Origin: Syntrophales bacterium
GTDB taxonomy: Bacteria > Desulfobacterota > Syntrophia > Syntrophales > UBA8958
Direction of reading: 5' to 3'
Length of the DNA stretch: 55,254 nucleotides
NCBI GenBank assembly: GCA_023231165.1
Contig: JALNVY010000001.1
Span: forward strand, 1-55,254
Shown here one piece after another: positions 26,919 through 37,874 of the stretch; position 1 is the stretch's first letter; each line of letters begins with the position of its first letter. Made by a program: the position numbers and the translations under genes. The notes under the pieces were generated by a model. That model was not told the DNA's origin. It made no database searches and was given only the letters and a program-made list of their open reading frames with translations.

Positions 26919-27950
26919 TCAGACGTTAAAGCGGAAGGAAATGATATCGCCGTCCTGAACGACATAATCCTTCCCCTCTAAACGCAGCTTCCCGGCGGCC
27001 TTGGCAGCGGCCAGGGTCTCTCCGCAGGAGATGAATTCTTCGTAGCCGATTACCTCCGCCTTGATGAATCCCCGTTCAAAATCCTTATGAATGGCTGCCG
27101 CGGCCCGCGGCGCCTTTGCCCCCTCGGGAATAACCCATGCCTTGACCTCATCCTCCCCTACGGTGAAATAGGTGATCCTTCCTAACAGACGAAAAGCGGC
27201 CTGGATAATTCGCACAAAGGCCGGTTCGGTCATGTTGAGGGAATCCAGGAATTCCTGCTGCTCTTCCGGTGAAAGCCCCGCCATTTCCGCTTCCAGCTCA
27301 CCGCAGATACCGATCACATGATCTGTCAGGCCGGTCTCTTTTTGAAATGCCGCCGCTGCTCCGAGACGTTCCTCGGTAACATTGAGGACCACCAGCTCCG
27401 GTCGCAGGGACCAGAAAGAGAAGCTCCGCAGGGTGTGGCGTTCTTCGGGTGTCAAGGGAAGGTCTCGCAGGGGCTTGCCCTGTTCAAGCTGTGTCTGGAG
27501 GCGGGGCATCAATTCCACCTGGAGAAGCTCCGCGGGCTTCAGTACCTTTTGGGGTACTTTCTGGAGGCGCTCCCGGCGGTTTTCCACCACCATGAGGTCG
27601 GACAGGATCAGTTCATCCTCAAGGCGGCGCCAACGCTCAACCATTTCCGGCAGGTCGGCGGCGGAAAAACCATCCACCACATGGAGGAGACCGTCGGCCC
27701 CGGAGAGGGTCTGGCGAACCGTTTCCCACGCCTTCTCTCCTTCGGCGTGGACATCCACGAAGGGCGCTTTGGCGGGAGAAACTTTGGCGGGACGAAATAT
27801 CGCCACCAGGCGGTCAAAGCGGTCATCGGGGACGGACGCTTGGCCGCGGACAAAGGTTTCCCCATAAACGTCCCGGCTCCTGATCCCGGTCATGATTTCA
27901 AAAAGAGAGCTCTTCCCGCTTTGGGGAAGGCCGATAATTCCCATTTCCAT
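26919..27950 (-). CDS. ychF: YchF/OLA1-family P-loop GTPase/ATPase (divergent)
   Basis: The G1 motif is GLPQSGKS. The C-terminal block AAIHKDFERGFIKAEVIGYEEF...LEGKDYVVQDGDIISFRFNV is characteristic of YchF. Confidence 0.75.
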   Translation of the reverse strand: MEMGIIGLPQSGKSSLFEIMTGIRSRDVYGETFVRGQASVPDDRFDRLVAIFRPAKVSPAKAPFVDVHAEGEKAWETVRQTLSGADGLLHVVDGFSAADLPEMVERWRRLEDELILSDLMVVENRRERLQKVPQKVLKPAELLQVELMPRLQTQLEQGKPLRDLPLTPEERHTLRSFSFWSLRPELVVLNVTEERLGAAAAFQKETGLTDHVIGICGELEAEMAGLSPEEQQEFLDSLNMTEPAFVRIIQAAFRLLGRITYFTVGEDEVKAWVIPEGAKAPRAAAAIHKDFERGFIKAEVIGYEEFISCGETLAAAKAAGKLRLEGKDYVVQDGDIISFRFNV

Positions 27951-28221
27951 AACTATTGCCTTTTATCTGTCAAGTTTGCGCCCTATAGCAGCCTCAACGG
28001 GCCATATCAAGAAAAAAATATTCTCCCCCAATTTCCTCGGGCCGGTGTAAATAATTCCTGCCCCGTCAAGTAATTACCATGATTTTGCGATTTATTCATT
28101 GAATCGATAAGAAGAATATTGTAGAAATACTGAGCGACGCTGGGGAGGAGCTACTTTTTAATTTAAGCTCGTCAAGTCAATATGTTATATTTGCATGGCA
28201 AATAAAAAGGAGAATCATTAA

Positions 28222-29499
28222 ATGGGGATGACCATTACCGAGAAGATCCTGGCCGAGCACGGGGGCCTTAAGGAGGTACATCCTGGGATGCTGATCAACG
28301 CCCGGGTGGATATTGCTCTGGGGCATGACGTGACGGCCCCCATCGCCATTGGGGAATTCAAGAAAGCCGGGGGACACAAGGTCTTCGACCGCAACAAGGT
28401 GGTCCTTGTCGCCGATCACTTCACCCCGAACAAGGATATCCAGTCGGCTCAGCAGGTCAAGATCATGCGGGACTTCGCCAAGGAACATAAAATCGGCCAC
28501 TATTACGAGGGGGGCGACGCCGGCGTATGCCATGTCCTTCTTCCGGAGCAGGGCATCGCCCTTCCCGGAGACCTGATCATTGGGGCCGACAGCCATACCT
28601 GTACCTATGGTGCCCTGGGGGCCTTTGCCACCGGCGTGGGCAGCTCGGATCTCGCGGCGGCCATGCTGACAGGGGATCTCTGGTTCAAGGTTCCCGAAAC
28701 AATGAAGATCGTCTTGCACGGTAAGCTCAACAAGTGGGTGTCGGGAAAGGATCTCATCCTCTATGTGATCGGGCAGATCGGCGTGGATGGGGCCACTTAC
28801 CAGGCGATGGAGTTTAGCGGCGAGACGCTCGGAGAGCTGACGATGGCAGACCGCTTCACCATGGCCAATATGGTCATCGAGGCGGGGGCCAAGAACGGCA
28901 TTTTCGTTCCCGACGAGACAACGAGAGAGTACGTTCAATCCCGGGCGGAGCGGGAGTATACCTTCCATGAATCCGATCCCGATGCTAATTACGCCTCCGT
29001 CCTGGAGGTTGATGTCAGCAAAATCGAGCCCCAGGTGGCCTTTCCCCCCCTGCCGTCGAATGTCCGGGGACTCAGCAAGGTAGGCTCCATCAAGATCGAT
29101 CAGGTCATCATCGGCTCATGCACCAACGGCCGGATCGAGGATCTGCGCCTTGCCGCCCAGCTTTTGAAGGGCAAGCAAGTGGCGCCCTATGTGCGGCTGA
29201 TCATCATTCCGACGACTCCCGATGTTTACCGGACCGCCATGTCCGAAGGGCTCTTTGACATTTTCCTTGCTGCCAAGGCCATCATCAGTCCGCCTACGTG
29301 TGGGCCCTGTCTTGGTGGCCACATGGGGATCCTGGCCGATGGCGAGCGGGCTGTTGCGACTACCAACCGTAATTTTATCGGCAGGATGGGACATCCGGGC
29401 AGCGAGGTCTATCTCGCCAATCCTGCGGTGGCGGCGGCTTCGGCAATCCTGGGGCGCATCGCCGGCCCCGACGAACTCAAGGGGGTGCACAAGATATGA
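28222..29499 (+). CDS. leuC: 3-isopropylmalate dehydratase large subunit
   Basis: 425-aa aconitase-family protein ([43 protein letters not shown]). It is followed by the small subunit and leuB. Confidence 0.85.
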   Translation: MGMTITEKILAEHGGLKEVHPGMLINARVDIALGHDVTAPIAIGEFKKAGGHKVFDRNKVVLVADHFTPNKDIQSAQQVKIMRDFAKEHKIGHYYEGGDAGVCHVLLPEQGIALPGDLIIGADSHTCTYGALGAFATGVGSSDLAAAMLTGDLWFKVPETMKIVLHGKLNKWVSGKDLILYVIGQIGVDGATYQAMEFSGETLGELTMADRFTMANMVIEAGAKNGIFVPDETTREYVQSRAEREYTFHESDPDANYASVLEVDVSKIEPQVAFPPLPSNVRGLSKVGSIKIDQVIIGSCTNGRIEDLRLAAQLLKGKQVAPYVRLIIIPTTPDVYRTAMSEGLFDIFLAAKAIISPPTCGPCLGGHMGILADGERAVATTNRNFIGRMGHPGSEVYLANPAVAAASAILGRIAGPDELKGVHKI

Positions 29500-29996
29500 A
29501 ATTAAAAGGGAAAATATGGAAATTCGGAGACCATGTCAATACCGATCTCATCATTCCGGCCCGCTATATCAACAGCTCCGATCCATCATTCCTGGCGGCC
29601 CATTGCATGGAAGACGCTGACCCGGATTTTATGAAAAAGATGCGTCCGGGGGACATCATTGTAGCAGGGGAGAACTTCGGATGCGGTTCCTCCCGGGAGC
29701 ACGCCCCGATTGCCCTCAAGGCGGCGGGCATTTCCGCCGTTGTGGCCAGTGGCTTTGCCCGGATCTTTTACCGGAGTGCCTTCAATATGGGTCTGCCCAT
29801 CTTTGAGTCCCGGACGATCTATGGGTTGGTCAACGAGGGCGACGAGATCGAGGTGGATGGGGATAAAGGAACAATCACCATTTCGGGAAAAGAGGCTGGA
29901 CCGATTAAAATCGAGCCGATTCCCCCGTTCATGCAGGAATTGGTCGCGGCGGGCGGACTTATGGCCTACCTGGTGAAGAAAAGGGCGGGGGGATGA
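29496..29996 (+). CDS. leuD: 3-isopropylmalate dehydratase small subunit
   Basis: 166 aa with an ATGA overlap with leuC. Motifs are [14 protein letters not shown] and [13 protein letters not shown]. Confidence 0.85.
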   Translation: MKLKGKIWKFGDHVNTDLIIPARYINSSDPSFLAAHCMEDADPDFMKKMRPGDIIVAGENFGCGSSREHAPIALKAAGISAVVASGFARIFYRSAFNMGLPIFESRTIYGLVNEGDEIEVDGDKGTITISGKEAGPIKIEPIPPFMQELVAAGGLMAYLVKKRAGG

Positions 29997-31084
29997 AAAA
30001 AACTTACCAAATCGCTGTGTTTCCCGGCGACGGTATCGGAGTCGAAGTTATCCGGGAGGCGCTGAAAATCATTGATGTTATTGCTGCAACTGCGAATGTT
30101 GCCTTTAAGTTAAGGCATGGTCTAATTGGCGGGGCGGCGTATGATGCCTTTGGAACGCCGTTTCCTGGCGAAAGCCTGGAACTGGCATTAGGCAGTGACG
30201 CGGTTTTGCTCGGAGCCGTCGGTGGTCCCAAATGGGAAGGCCTCGACTACAGCGTCCGTCCCGAGCGGGCGCTGTTGGGCTTACGCGAGAAGCTCGGACT
30301 TTTTGCGAATCTGCGGCCGGTGCGGGTCTTTGATGAACTTGTTGCCGCCTCGCCATTGAAGACGGAGGTTGTCCGGGGGATCGATATTATGATCATCCGG
30401 GAGCTGACAGGGGATCTTTATTTTGGCGAGCCCCGGGGCGTCCGGGTGGAAAACGGCCAGCGGATAGGCGTCAACACCCTCGTCTATACGGAGGAGGAGA
30501 TCCACCGGATCGCTATAGTAGCTTTCGAAACGGCGCTTAAACGTAAGAAGCGGGTTGTTTCCGTGGATAAGGCCAATGTCCTGGAGAGCACTCAGCTCTG
30601 GCGGGACGTGGTCACGGAGGTCAGTCAGGATTTCCCCGAGGTGGACCTGCGGCATATATACGTCGATAATTGTGCCATGCAATTGATCTGGAATCCCTCA
30701 CAATTCGATGTCATCGTGACGACCAATCTGTTCGGAGATATCCTGAGTGACGAAGCAGCCATGATCACCGGTTCCATTGGGATGCTGCCGTCGGCGAGTC
30801 TGGGAGTGAAGGGCGGCATGTATGAACCGATCCATGGCTCCGCTCCCGACATTGCGGGGCAAGACGTCGCCAACCCCCTGGCGACAATCTTGTCTGTAGC
30901 CATGATGCTCCGGTATTCCTGCGACATGGAACAAGAGGCCCGGCGCATAGAGGCGGCCGTACAGGAGGTTCTTCGCGCCGGTTTTAGAACGAAAGACATC
31001 CACCAGGAAGGGACGACCCTTGTCGGGACGGCAGCGATGGGCGATGAGGTTGTCAAACAGTTCATGAATCTTAAAACAGCATGA
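29993..31084 (+). CDS. leuB: 3-isopropylmalate dehydrogenase
   Basis: 363 aa with motifs [16 protein letters not shown] and [25 protein letters not shown]. Confidence 0.9.
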   Translation: MKKTYQIAVFPGDGIGVEVIREALKIIDVIAATANVAFKLRHGLIGGAAYDAFGTPFPGESLELALGSDAVLLGAVGGPKWEGLDYSVRPERALLGLREKLGLFANLRPVRVFDELVAASPLKTEVVRGIDIMIIRELTGDLYFGEPRGVRVENGQRIGVNTLVYTEEEIHRIAIVAFETALKRKKRVVSVDKANVLESTQLWRDVVTEVSQDFPEVDLRHIYVDNCAMQLIWNPSQFDVIVTTNLFGDILSDEAAMITGSIGMLPSASLGVKGGMYEPIHGSAPDIAGQDVANPLATILSVAMMLRYSCDMEQEARRIEAAVQEVLRAGFRTKDIHQEGTTLVGTAAMGDEVVKQFMNLKTA

Positions 31085-33213
31085 TATTATTAACAGCTAA
31101 TATGGAAGACCAAAAGAGGACTAAGAAAGAGCTGATCGAAGAACTCAATGGACTCCGTCAATGTGTAGCAGAATTGAAGGGTTTCGAAGAGGAAATCGAA
31201 CATACAAGACTGAGTCAGGAGAAGTTCACAAAAGCATTCCTGCAAAATTCTATTCCCGTGGGTATCACAACCTTGGGCGAAGGCAGATTTGTTGACGTCA
31301 GCAATGCTTTTCTTAGACTGGTGGGACGTAATCGGGGTGAAGTTGTCGGACATACATCGACAGAAATCGGATTTATTACAGAAGAACAAAGATTGATATT
31401 TTTTAAAGAGCTAAACAAAAGAGGCCGCATTGAAAACTTCGAAATGAAAGTCGGAACAAAAGACGGAGCGTTGAGAGATGGATTATTCAATGCTGTCATG
31501 ATGAGTATTAACAATGAAAATTATTTGCTGACAGTAATGACAGATATCACTGAGCGTAAACGGGCAGAAGAGGCGCTGAAGGAGAGCGAGGAGAAGTTTT
31601 CCGAATCTTTTTTGAAAAATCCGATTCCGATGGCAATTACTTCCATAAAGGACGGTCGGTATGTGGATACCAACGAGGCATTTGCAAAGGTTATGGGACT
31701 TAAGCGGGAAGAATTTATTGGCAATACTTCCAACAGCGTTGGCTACATCACTGCCGAACAGCGTGAACAGTTTCTGGATGAGTATCGCAAAAAAGGATCC
31801 GTAGAAAATCTTGAATTACAGATGCGCGTGAAATGCGGCGAATGGAGGCATGGCTTGTTTAATGCGTCAAAAATCACGATTGGCGCGGAAGATTTTTTCT
31901 TGACGATTGTGACAGATATTACAGAACTAAAAAAGATGGAGGAAACGCTGCGTCAGTCGGAGCAGCAATATCGGGAACTGGCGGCCGATTACCAAACCAT
32001 TGTAGAAAATACTTCGGAGGGCGTCTATCGAAGTATTCCCGAAGGAAGTTACACTATGGCAAATCGCGCCTTCGCCAGCATGCTCGGGTATGATTCACCG
32101 GAAGAACTCCTGTCTTCCGTAACGAATGTAAATAAACAGATTTATGTTGATTCCGAACAACGTACGGAATCAATACGCAATGTCATGGAAGCGGGACATG
32201 GTGATTTTGAAGTTCAATTCAAGAGGAAGGATGGAAGTGTTGGGTGGCTTTCGAACAGTGTACGAGTTGTCTGCAATAAACAGGGGGAAATTAAATGTTT
32301 TGAGGGGATAACCAAGGATATCTCTGAGCGCAGGCTCGTAGAAGAAAAATCTCAGGGTATATTGAACTTCTTGCAAACACTAATCAACACGATCCCCAGT
32401 CCGATCTTTTGCAAAGATGTCAATGGACAATACCAGGACTGCAACACAGAATTCGAGGTCTATACCGGCTTCAAAAAGGAGGAGATCATTGGGAAAGGAG
32501 TCTATGACATATATCCCACGGACGTAGCCGACAATTACCATGAAATGGATTTAGCATTGTTTCGTCGACCAGGAAGGCAAATATATGAACAGCCTATAAC
32601 ATACGCTGATGGAAAAAAGCATGATGTCATTGTGAACAAGGCGACCTACCTGAATGCTGATGGTACCCTGGCTGGACTTGTTGGTGTCATGGTGGACATT
32701 ACCGAGCGGAAACAAGCGGAGGAACAATTAAAAATTTACCATCAATATCTTGAAAAACAGGTTCAGGAGCGAACAGCGGAACTGGAAAAGAAAAACTTAA
32801 CCCTCAGTGAACTCAATATTGCCCTAAAAGTGCTTTTACAGCACCGGGATGAAGACAAGAAAGAACTTGAAAATCGATTTGTTATGAACGTCAAAACCCT
32901 TATAATTCCCTTTGCGGAAAAAATGAAAAGATCCCACCTTGATGAACAGCAGTTAGCTTATCTGAGTATCATAGAGACGCATCTCAACGAGATCACATCG
33001 TCGATGATAAAAAAGATGCATCAATTCAATTTCACCCCTACTGAGATTGAAGTTGCATCTTTGCTAAAGGAAGGAAAGGCAACCAAGGAAATTGCCAGGA
33101 TCATCGGAATAGCGACCAGTTCTATTAATACCCACAGAAACAATATCAGGAAAAAACTTGGCATCAGCAAGAAAAATATAAATCTTCGTTCTCATCTCCA
33201 GTCCTTCGATTAA
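31081..33213 (+). CDS. multi-PAS LuxR-family transcriptional regulator
   Basis: The ATG overlaps the leuB stop (ATGA); an alternative ATG is at 31102. Four or five PAS domains and a coiled coil precede a C-terminal LuxR HTH ([44 protein letters not shown]). Confidence 0.8.
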   Translation: MILLTANMEDQKRTKKELIEELNGLRQCVAELKGFEEEIEHTRLSQEKFTKAFLQNSIPVGITTLGEGRFVDVSNAFLRLVGRNRGEVVGHTSTEIGFITEEQRLIFFKELNKRGRIENFEMKVGTKDGALRDGLFNAVMMSINNENYLLTVMTDITERKRAEEALKESEEKFSESFLKNPIPMAITSIKDGRYVDTNEAFAKVMGLKREEFIGNTSNSVGYITAEQREQFLDEYRKKGSVENLELQMRVKCGEWRHGLFNASKITIGAEDFFLTIVTDITELKKMEETLRQSEQQYRELAADYQTIVENTSEGVYRSIPEGSYTMANRAFASMLGYDSPEELLSSVTNVNKQIYVDSEQRTESIRNVMEAGHGDFEVQFKRKDGSVGWLSNSVRVVCNKQGEIKCFEGITKDISERRLVEEKSQGILNFLQTLINTIPSPIFCKDVNGQYQDCNTEFEVYTGFKKEEIIGKGVYDIYPTDVADNYHEMDLALFRRPGRQIYEQPITYADGKKHDVIVNKATYLNADGTLAGLVGVMVDITERKQAEEQLKIYHQYLEKQVQERTAELEKKNLTLSELNIALKVLLQHRDEDKKELENRFVMNVKTLIIPFAEKMKRSHLDEQQLAYLSIIETHLNEITSSMIKKMHQFNFTPTEIEVASLLKEGKATKEIARIIGIATSSINTHRNNIRKKLGISKKNINLRSHLQSFD

Positions 33214-33342
33214 TGTTGAATTAATCTCCACAATAATTACATTAGAATTCAATATTGCCATTCTGGCGATCTGTGTCTATATGCGCGACCGAATCTAGAG
33301 AATAAAAGACTTATCCTGAATCCATTTACATAAGGAGAAGTA

Positions 33343-33564
33343 ATGCCCTCAGCCGAAGTCGTCTGTCCTTTTTGTTCTTGCCCTGTCGATATTAAAAAAT
33401 TTGGTAATGGATGGGTGGGTATATGTTGTCGCGAAGTTATTTATAATTCTGCTCAGTCGCCTGTGACAACAATGCCAGTAAATGAAGAGACCACAAAGAA
33501 TATCGTCTCAAAACGGTCAAGTATCAAAAACTCCCCCAAAGCGCTCAACGGGAACTACTTATAA
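33343..33564 (+). CDS. small Cys-rich hypothetical protein
   Basis: 73-aa ORF with strong RBS AAGGAGAAG 3 nt upstream. N-terminal CPFCSCP...GICC pattern is followed by a polar disordered-looking tail. Confidence 0.4.
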   Translation: MPSAEVVCPFCSCPVDIKKFGNGWVGICCREVIYNSAQSPVTTMPVNEETTKNIVSKRSSIKNSPKALNGNYL

Positions 33565-33929
33565 AGGTAGTTTTTATCAAGATCAGCCTTCAATAGTCAG
33601 AGTTGGGATCATCAGCACCTGCAGGGTGGATGGAGCAGAGTGCCTACACCGATTATCTTGCTCCACCCTTGCTGAAGGCTGCGCAGTAACAAGAGTTGAT
33701 CTTTTGATCCCACTCCTCTATGCAACCTTTCAAATGGGAATTGTGATTTTATAAAAGGGTTGTCGTTTGTGCCCATAGTCACTTCTAAATATGACGCTCT
33801 CTATCATCGATAGAGCGATCTTCCCATTGTACCAAAGCATAATCACCTTGACGGATACAGTAATTTATGATTACCATGAACTGAATGTAACATACTCATA
33901 TCAATAGGTAAAATAGATTATGTTAGGAC

Positions 33930-34583
33930 ATGTTCATGGTCCCCTTGTTTTTTGAATCCATACCCGTTACCCTGCCCCGTCCTGCTATCTACAGGCGCCT
34001 CGGTTACCGAAAGGAAGCTACCCGAATCAGCCTCGGGCATCGTCAGGAAGTGGAAGGGTATATTACCGAGACCCTGCCCCTGCTGCAATTGAAGGGAAGC
34101 GCCTTGCGCCTGCCGATCGAGCTTGAAGGGGCGGCGCTGATAAGCCTGCCGGAGGGGAACGCCTTTGCAAGCAGGAAACTGGCCCGGTTTCTCAAGGACG
34201 CCCGCGAAATCATCCTCATGGGGGCGACGCTGGGAACAGCCATCATGGAGGCCATTCAGGCCGATATAGGTGGACGGAATGCGACCCGAGGCGTGGTTAT
34301 GGATGCTACGGCCAGTGAGGTCGTGGATACAGGTCTCGACTGGATCATGGGCTACTTCCGGCAAGCCCTCCGGCGGGAGGGAAAAACGCTTTTAAATAGT
34401 CGTTTTTCCGCTGGTTACGGAGACTTTGCGCTGGAAAACCAGCAGCTTATGCACCGGCTCCTGCAAATGGACAGATTGAATGTAACGATCACGGAAAGCT
34501 GCATACTTGTCCCGGAGAAATCCGTGACCGCCGTTACGGGAATAATCTTGACTGAAACGTCTCATTATTCACCCCCACCATAA
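33930..34583 (+). CDS. stand-alone methionine synthase activation (AdoMet-binding, Met_synt_B12-like) domain protein
   Basis: 217 aa. DATASEVVDTGLDW...RFSAGYGDFALENQQLMHRLLQMDRLNVTITESCILVPEKSVTAVTGI matches the reactivation-domain pattern of MetH. Confidence 0.7.
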   Translation: MFMVPLFFESIPVTLPRPAIYRRLGYRKEATRISLGHRQEVEGYITETLPLLQLKGSALRLPIELEGAALISLPEGNAFASRKLARFLKDAREIILMGATLGTAIMEAIQADIGGRNATRGVVMDATASEVVDTGLDWIMGYFRQALRREGKTLLNSRFSAGYGDFALENQQLMHRLLQMDRLNVTITESCILVPEKSVTAVTGIILTETSHYSPPP

Positions 34584-34585
34584 CC

Positions 34586-34614
34586 TTCCCCCTTTGCTTT
34601 GAAAAGGGAGGGAA
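34586..34614. repeat. REP-like GC hairpin (TTCCCCCTTT...AAAGGGAGGGAA)
   Basis: Imperfect inverted repeat right after the activation-domain stop. A GGGGCGGGGTGAGGA G-rich block follows at 34680-34694. Confidence 0.4.
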
Positions 34615-34789
34615 TTTCTGTGTTTTTTGCAAGGGTGTCGACCCTAATTTTCATTATGGGCAAAACGATAAAGGAAAAAGGGGCGGGGTGAGGATTTTTT
34701 GTTGTCATTTGATCCCAGCTTGTTATAAGAATTTCCGTCCATGCGACCTTGAGGGTTTGTAAATTAACAGTTTCATCAGGAGAATCATT

Positions 34790-37201
34790 TTGAATAAAGG
34801 CAGAATAAAGACATTACTCAAGAAAAGGATACTCATCCTCGACGGCGCCACGGGAACAGAACTGCAGAAGCGGGGCATGCCTGCCGGCGTCTGTCCCGAA
34901 CGGTGGTGCACGGAGAACCCGGAAGTTATCCAGGCGGTCCAGCGGGATTATCGGGAGGCAGGTTCAGATATGGTTTATACCTGCACCTTTGGCGGCAACC
35001 GCCTGAAGTTGTCGGAATATGGTATCACCGACGTTAAGGAGATCAACCGCAAACTGGCCGTCCTTTCCCGGCAGGCAGTTGGGTCCGGGGTGCTGGTGGC
35101 GGGGGATATCGGTCCTACCGGCCGGTTTATCGAGCCCTTTGGCGACCTTCCCTTTGAAGAAGCCGTGGCGATTTTCAAGGAACAGGTGGCGGGTCTTGTG
35201 GCCGGGGGTGTGGATCTCTTTGTCATCGAGACCATGATGGACATCCAGGAAGCAAGGGCGGCCCTGCTGGCGATAAAAGAAACGGGCGACTATTTCACCA
35301 TCGTCACGATGACCTACGAGCCGGATGGGCGCACCCTGAATGGTACGGACCCGGTTACGGCCCTCATTACCCTCCAGAGTCTCGGGGCCGACGCTGTGGG
35401 CTGCAATTGCTCGGCGGGACCTGAGGCGATGATGGAATGGATCGAAGCGATGAAGCCTTACGCCACCGTTCCCCTGGCGGCCAAGCCCAACGCGGGGATT
35501 CCCCGCTTGGTGGGGATAACGACGACCTTTGACATGGATGCCACTGCCTTTGGCGCCTTCAGCAAATCTTTTGCCGCTGCCGGCGTTAACCTCCTGGGCG
35601 GGTGTTGTGGAACGACGCCGGATCATATCGGCGCTCTGAAGCGGGCTCTGGAGGCGACGCCCCCGGCGCCGCCGCGAAGGAAATCCCTGGCGGCTGTGAG
35701 TTCCGCCCGGGGACACGTCATCCTCGACCGTGACAAGCCCCTGTTCGTTATCGGCGAACGGATCAATCCCACGGGCAAGAAGGCCCTCCAGCAGGAACTA
35801 CGGGAAGGCAAGACATCCCTGGTGCGGCAAATGGCCAGGGAGCAGGAAGAGCAGGGCGCCGATCTTCTCGATGTGAATGTCGGCGTTCCCGGCATTGACG
35901 AGCCGCTGGCTATGAAATCCCTCCTCCGCGCCTTGGCCGGAACAACGGGTCTTCCTCTGGTGATCGATTCTCCCAAGTTGGATACCATCGAGGCGGCCCT
36001 GCGACTCTATCCGGGACGGGCCCTCCTCAATTCCATCTCCGGAGAACGGGAAAAGATGGAGAAGCTCCTGCCCCTGGCGGCGCGCTACGGGGCCATGTTC
36101 ATTCTTCTCCCCCTCCTCGACGGAGAGATTCCGGAGACGGCCGCGGGGCGCGGCAAGGTTGTCCGTGACGTTTATCGGGCGGCGCGGCGCCATGGTTTTA
36201 CCAAGGAAGATATCATCGTTGACGGACTGGTAATGACCGTTGCCGCCAATCCCGACGCCCCCGGCGAGACGTTAAAAACCGTCTCCTGGTGTTCCCGGTC
36301 CTTCGGCTGCCGGACGGTGCTGGGAGTTTCCAACGTGTCCTTCGGGATGCCGGAGCGGAAATGGTTGAATGCGGCCTTTCTGACCATGGCCCAGGCTGCG
36401 GGGCTGACGGTGGCTATTGTCAATCCGGCCAATCTGGAATTAACGGCGATGAAAAAGGCGGCCGACGTCTTCCTGGGAAAAGAGCGGGGGGCGGCGATCT
36501 ATATCGAATCTTTCCGTGACGGAGAGAAAACCGAGAAGAAACCTGCCGGGGGAGCGCCACTTACCCCTTCCGAACAGGTTCACCAGGCGATCCTCGCCGG
36601 CAATCGCGATGATATCGTCAGTCTCATCGCGGGGCTGCTGAAAAACGACGACGTCATGTCCGCCGCCCGGATTGTCGAGGAATTCATGATTCCGGCCATC
36701 CTCAGGGTGGGGGAGCTTTATGAACAGAAAACCTATTTCCTCCCCCAGTTGATTGCCAGCGCCGAGGCCATGAAGAAGGGTCTTGACCATCTGGAGCCCC
36801 TGCTGCGGGCAGCAAAGTCCCAGGGAACAAGCAAGGGAGTCATTCTGCTGGCGACGGTCCAGGGCGATATCCACGACATCGGGAAAAACATCGTCGCCCT
36901 GATGTTGAGAAACTACGGCTATGACGTCATTGACCTGGGGAAGGATGTGGCGACGGAGACTGTTATTGAGCATATGAAAAAATGCAAGCCCGATGTGGTC
37001 GGCCTGTCGGCCCTGATGACCACGACGATGACCGCCATGCAGAATGTTATGATGTTGGCCCGCCAGGAAGGTTTGAACACGCCTTTTATCCTGGGCGGCG
37101 CCGTTGTTACCGAGGCCTACGCGACCTCCCTGAGGGCGAAATATGCCCGGGATGGCGTCGAGGCGGTGCGGGTCGTGGAAGCACTGTTGAAACGCGCGTG
37201 A
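34790..37201 (+). CDS. metH: cobalamin-dependent methionine synthase lacking the activation domain
   Basis: TTG start with AGGAGA 7 nt upstream. The Hcy-binding domain (ILDGATGTEL, GGCCGTTPDHI), pterin-binding domain and B12-binding DxHxxG motif (GDIHDIGKNIV) are all present. The protein ends after the B12 domain at 803 aa. Confidence 0.9.
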   Translation: MNKGRIKTLLKKRILILDGATGTELQKRGMPAGVCPERWCTENPEVIQAVQRDYREAGSDMVYTCTFGGNRLKLSEYGITDVKEINRKLAVLSRQAVGSGVLVAGDIGPTGRFIEPFGDLPFEEAVAIFKEQVAGLVAGGVDLFVIETMMDIQEARAALLAIKETGDYFTIVTMTYEPDGRTLNGTDPVTALITLQSLGADAVGCNCSAGPEAMMEWIEAMKPYATVPLAAKPNAGIPRLVGITTTFDMDATAFGAFSKSFAAAGVNLLGGCCGTTPDHIGALKRALEATPPAPPRRKSLAAVSSARGHVILDRDKPLFVIGERINPTGKKALQQELREGKTSLVRQMAREQEEQGADLLDVNVGVPGIDEPLAMKSLLRALAGTTGLPLVIDSPKLDTIEAALRLYPGRALLNSISGEREKMEKLLPLAARYGAMFILLPLLDGEIPETAAGRGKVVRDVYRAARRHGFTKEDIIVDGLVMTVAANPDAPGETLKTVSWCSRSFGCRTVLGVSNVSFGMPERKWLNAAFLTMAQAAGLTVAIVNPANLELTAMKKAADVFLGKERGAAIYIESFRDGEKTEKKPAGGAPLTPSEQVHQAILAGNRDDIVSLIAGLLKNDDVMSAARIVEEFMIPAILRVGELYEQKTYFLPQLIASAEAMKKGLDHLEPLLRAAKSQGTSKGVILLATVQGDIHDIGKNIVALMLRNYGYDVIDLGKDVATETVIEHMKKCKPDVVGLSALMTTTMTAMQNVMMLARQEGLNTPFILGGAVVTEAYATSLRAKYARDGVEAVRVVEALLKRA

Positions 37202-37257
37202 CGGTCTGACGCCACGAAACAAAGGGAAATAAAAATATTAGGAGAACTGATGCTGCC

Positions 37258-37836
37258 ATGACGATAGAGAAAATGAAAGCCCGCCTCATCGAGATTATCA
37301 TCGACAAGTCGTTTCAATACCGTGACAATCCACCTTTCACCCTTGCCTCGGGGAAAACGAGCAACTTCTATTTCAACTGCAAACCCACGACCCTCGATCC
37401 CGAAGGGATGAACCTGATCGGGGGAATCCTCTTTCAGATGCTTTCCGCCGCCGATGTTACCGCCACCGGCGGCCTGACCCTGGGCGCCGATGCCCTGGCC
37501 AATGCCCTGGCCGTGATCTCCTATCAGCAGGGAAAGCCCATCAAGGCCTTTATTGTCCGGAAGGATGTGAAAGACCATGGAACAAAGAGCGCTATAGAGG
37601 GGGGTGTCCGGACCGGGGAACGGGTGGTGATCCTCGATGACGTTATCACGACCGGAGGCTCCACGATTACGGCCATAGAAAAGGCAAAAGGGGCGGGGCT
37701 GGTTATTGATCGGGTGATCGCCCTCATCGATCGGGAAGAAGGGGGAAAGGAGAACATCCTGGCCCATGTCCCCAGGGTGGATGCCGTAGTGACACGTTCA
37801 GAAATCATGGCTGCCTATAAAAAAGATCTTGCGTGA
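37258..37836 (+). CDS. pyrE: orotate phosphoribosyltransferase
   Basis: 192 aa with FTLASGKTSNFYFN and the PRPP-binding loop VVILDDVITTGGS. Confidence 0.85.
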   Translation: MTIEKMKARLIEIIIDKSFQYRDNPPFTLASGKTSNFYFNCKPTTLDPEGMNLIGGILFQMLSAADVTATGGLTLGADALANALAVISYQQGKPIKAFIVRKDVKDHGTKSAIEGGVRTGERVVILDDVITTGGSTITAIEKAKGAGLVIDRVIALIDREEGGKENILAHVPRVDAVVTRSEIMAAYKKDLA

Positions 37837-37874
37837 CCGTTTGGTCTGAGGTAAAGGCGGTGCAAAATTTTGAT

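Noticed and set aside
27951-28221. Possible leucine leader peptide, attenuator or T-box upstream of leuC.
   Set aside because: No Leu-codon-rich mini-ORF or T-box specifier/terminator arrangement is visible.
27318-28968. ORFs 27318..28073 (+), 27382..27867 (+) and 28177..28968 (-).
   Set aside because: They are antisense to the ychF-like gene and leuC respectively, and no independent signals support them.
34964-37767. Minus-strand ORFs 34964..35716, 36440..37222 and 37117..37767.
   Set aside because: They are antisense to metH and pyrE, both of which have diagnostic motifs.
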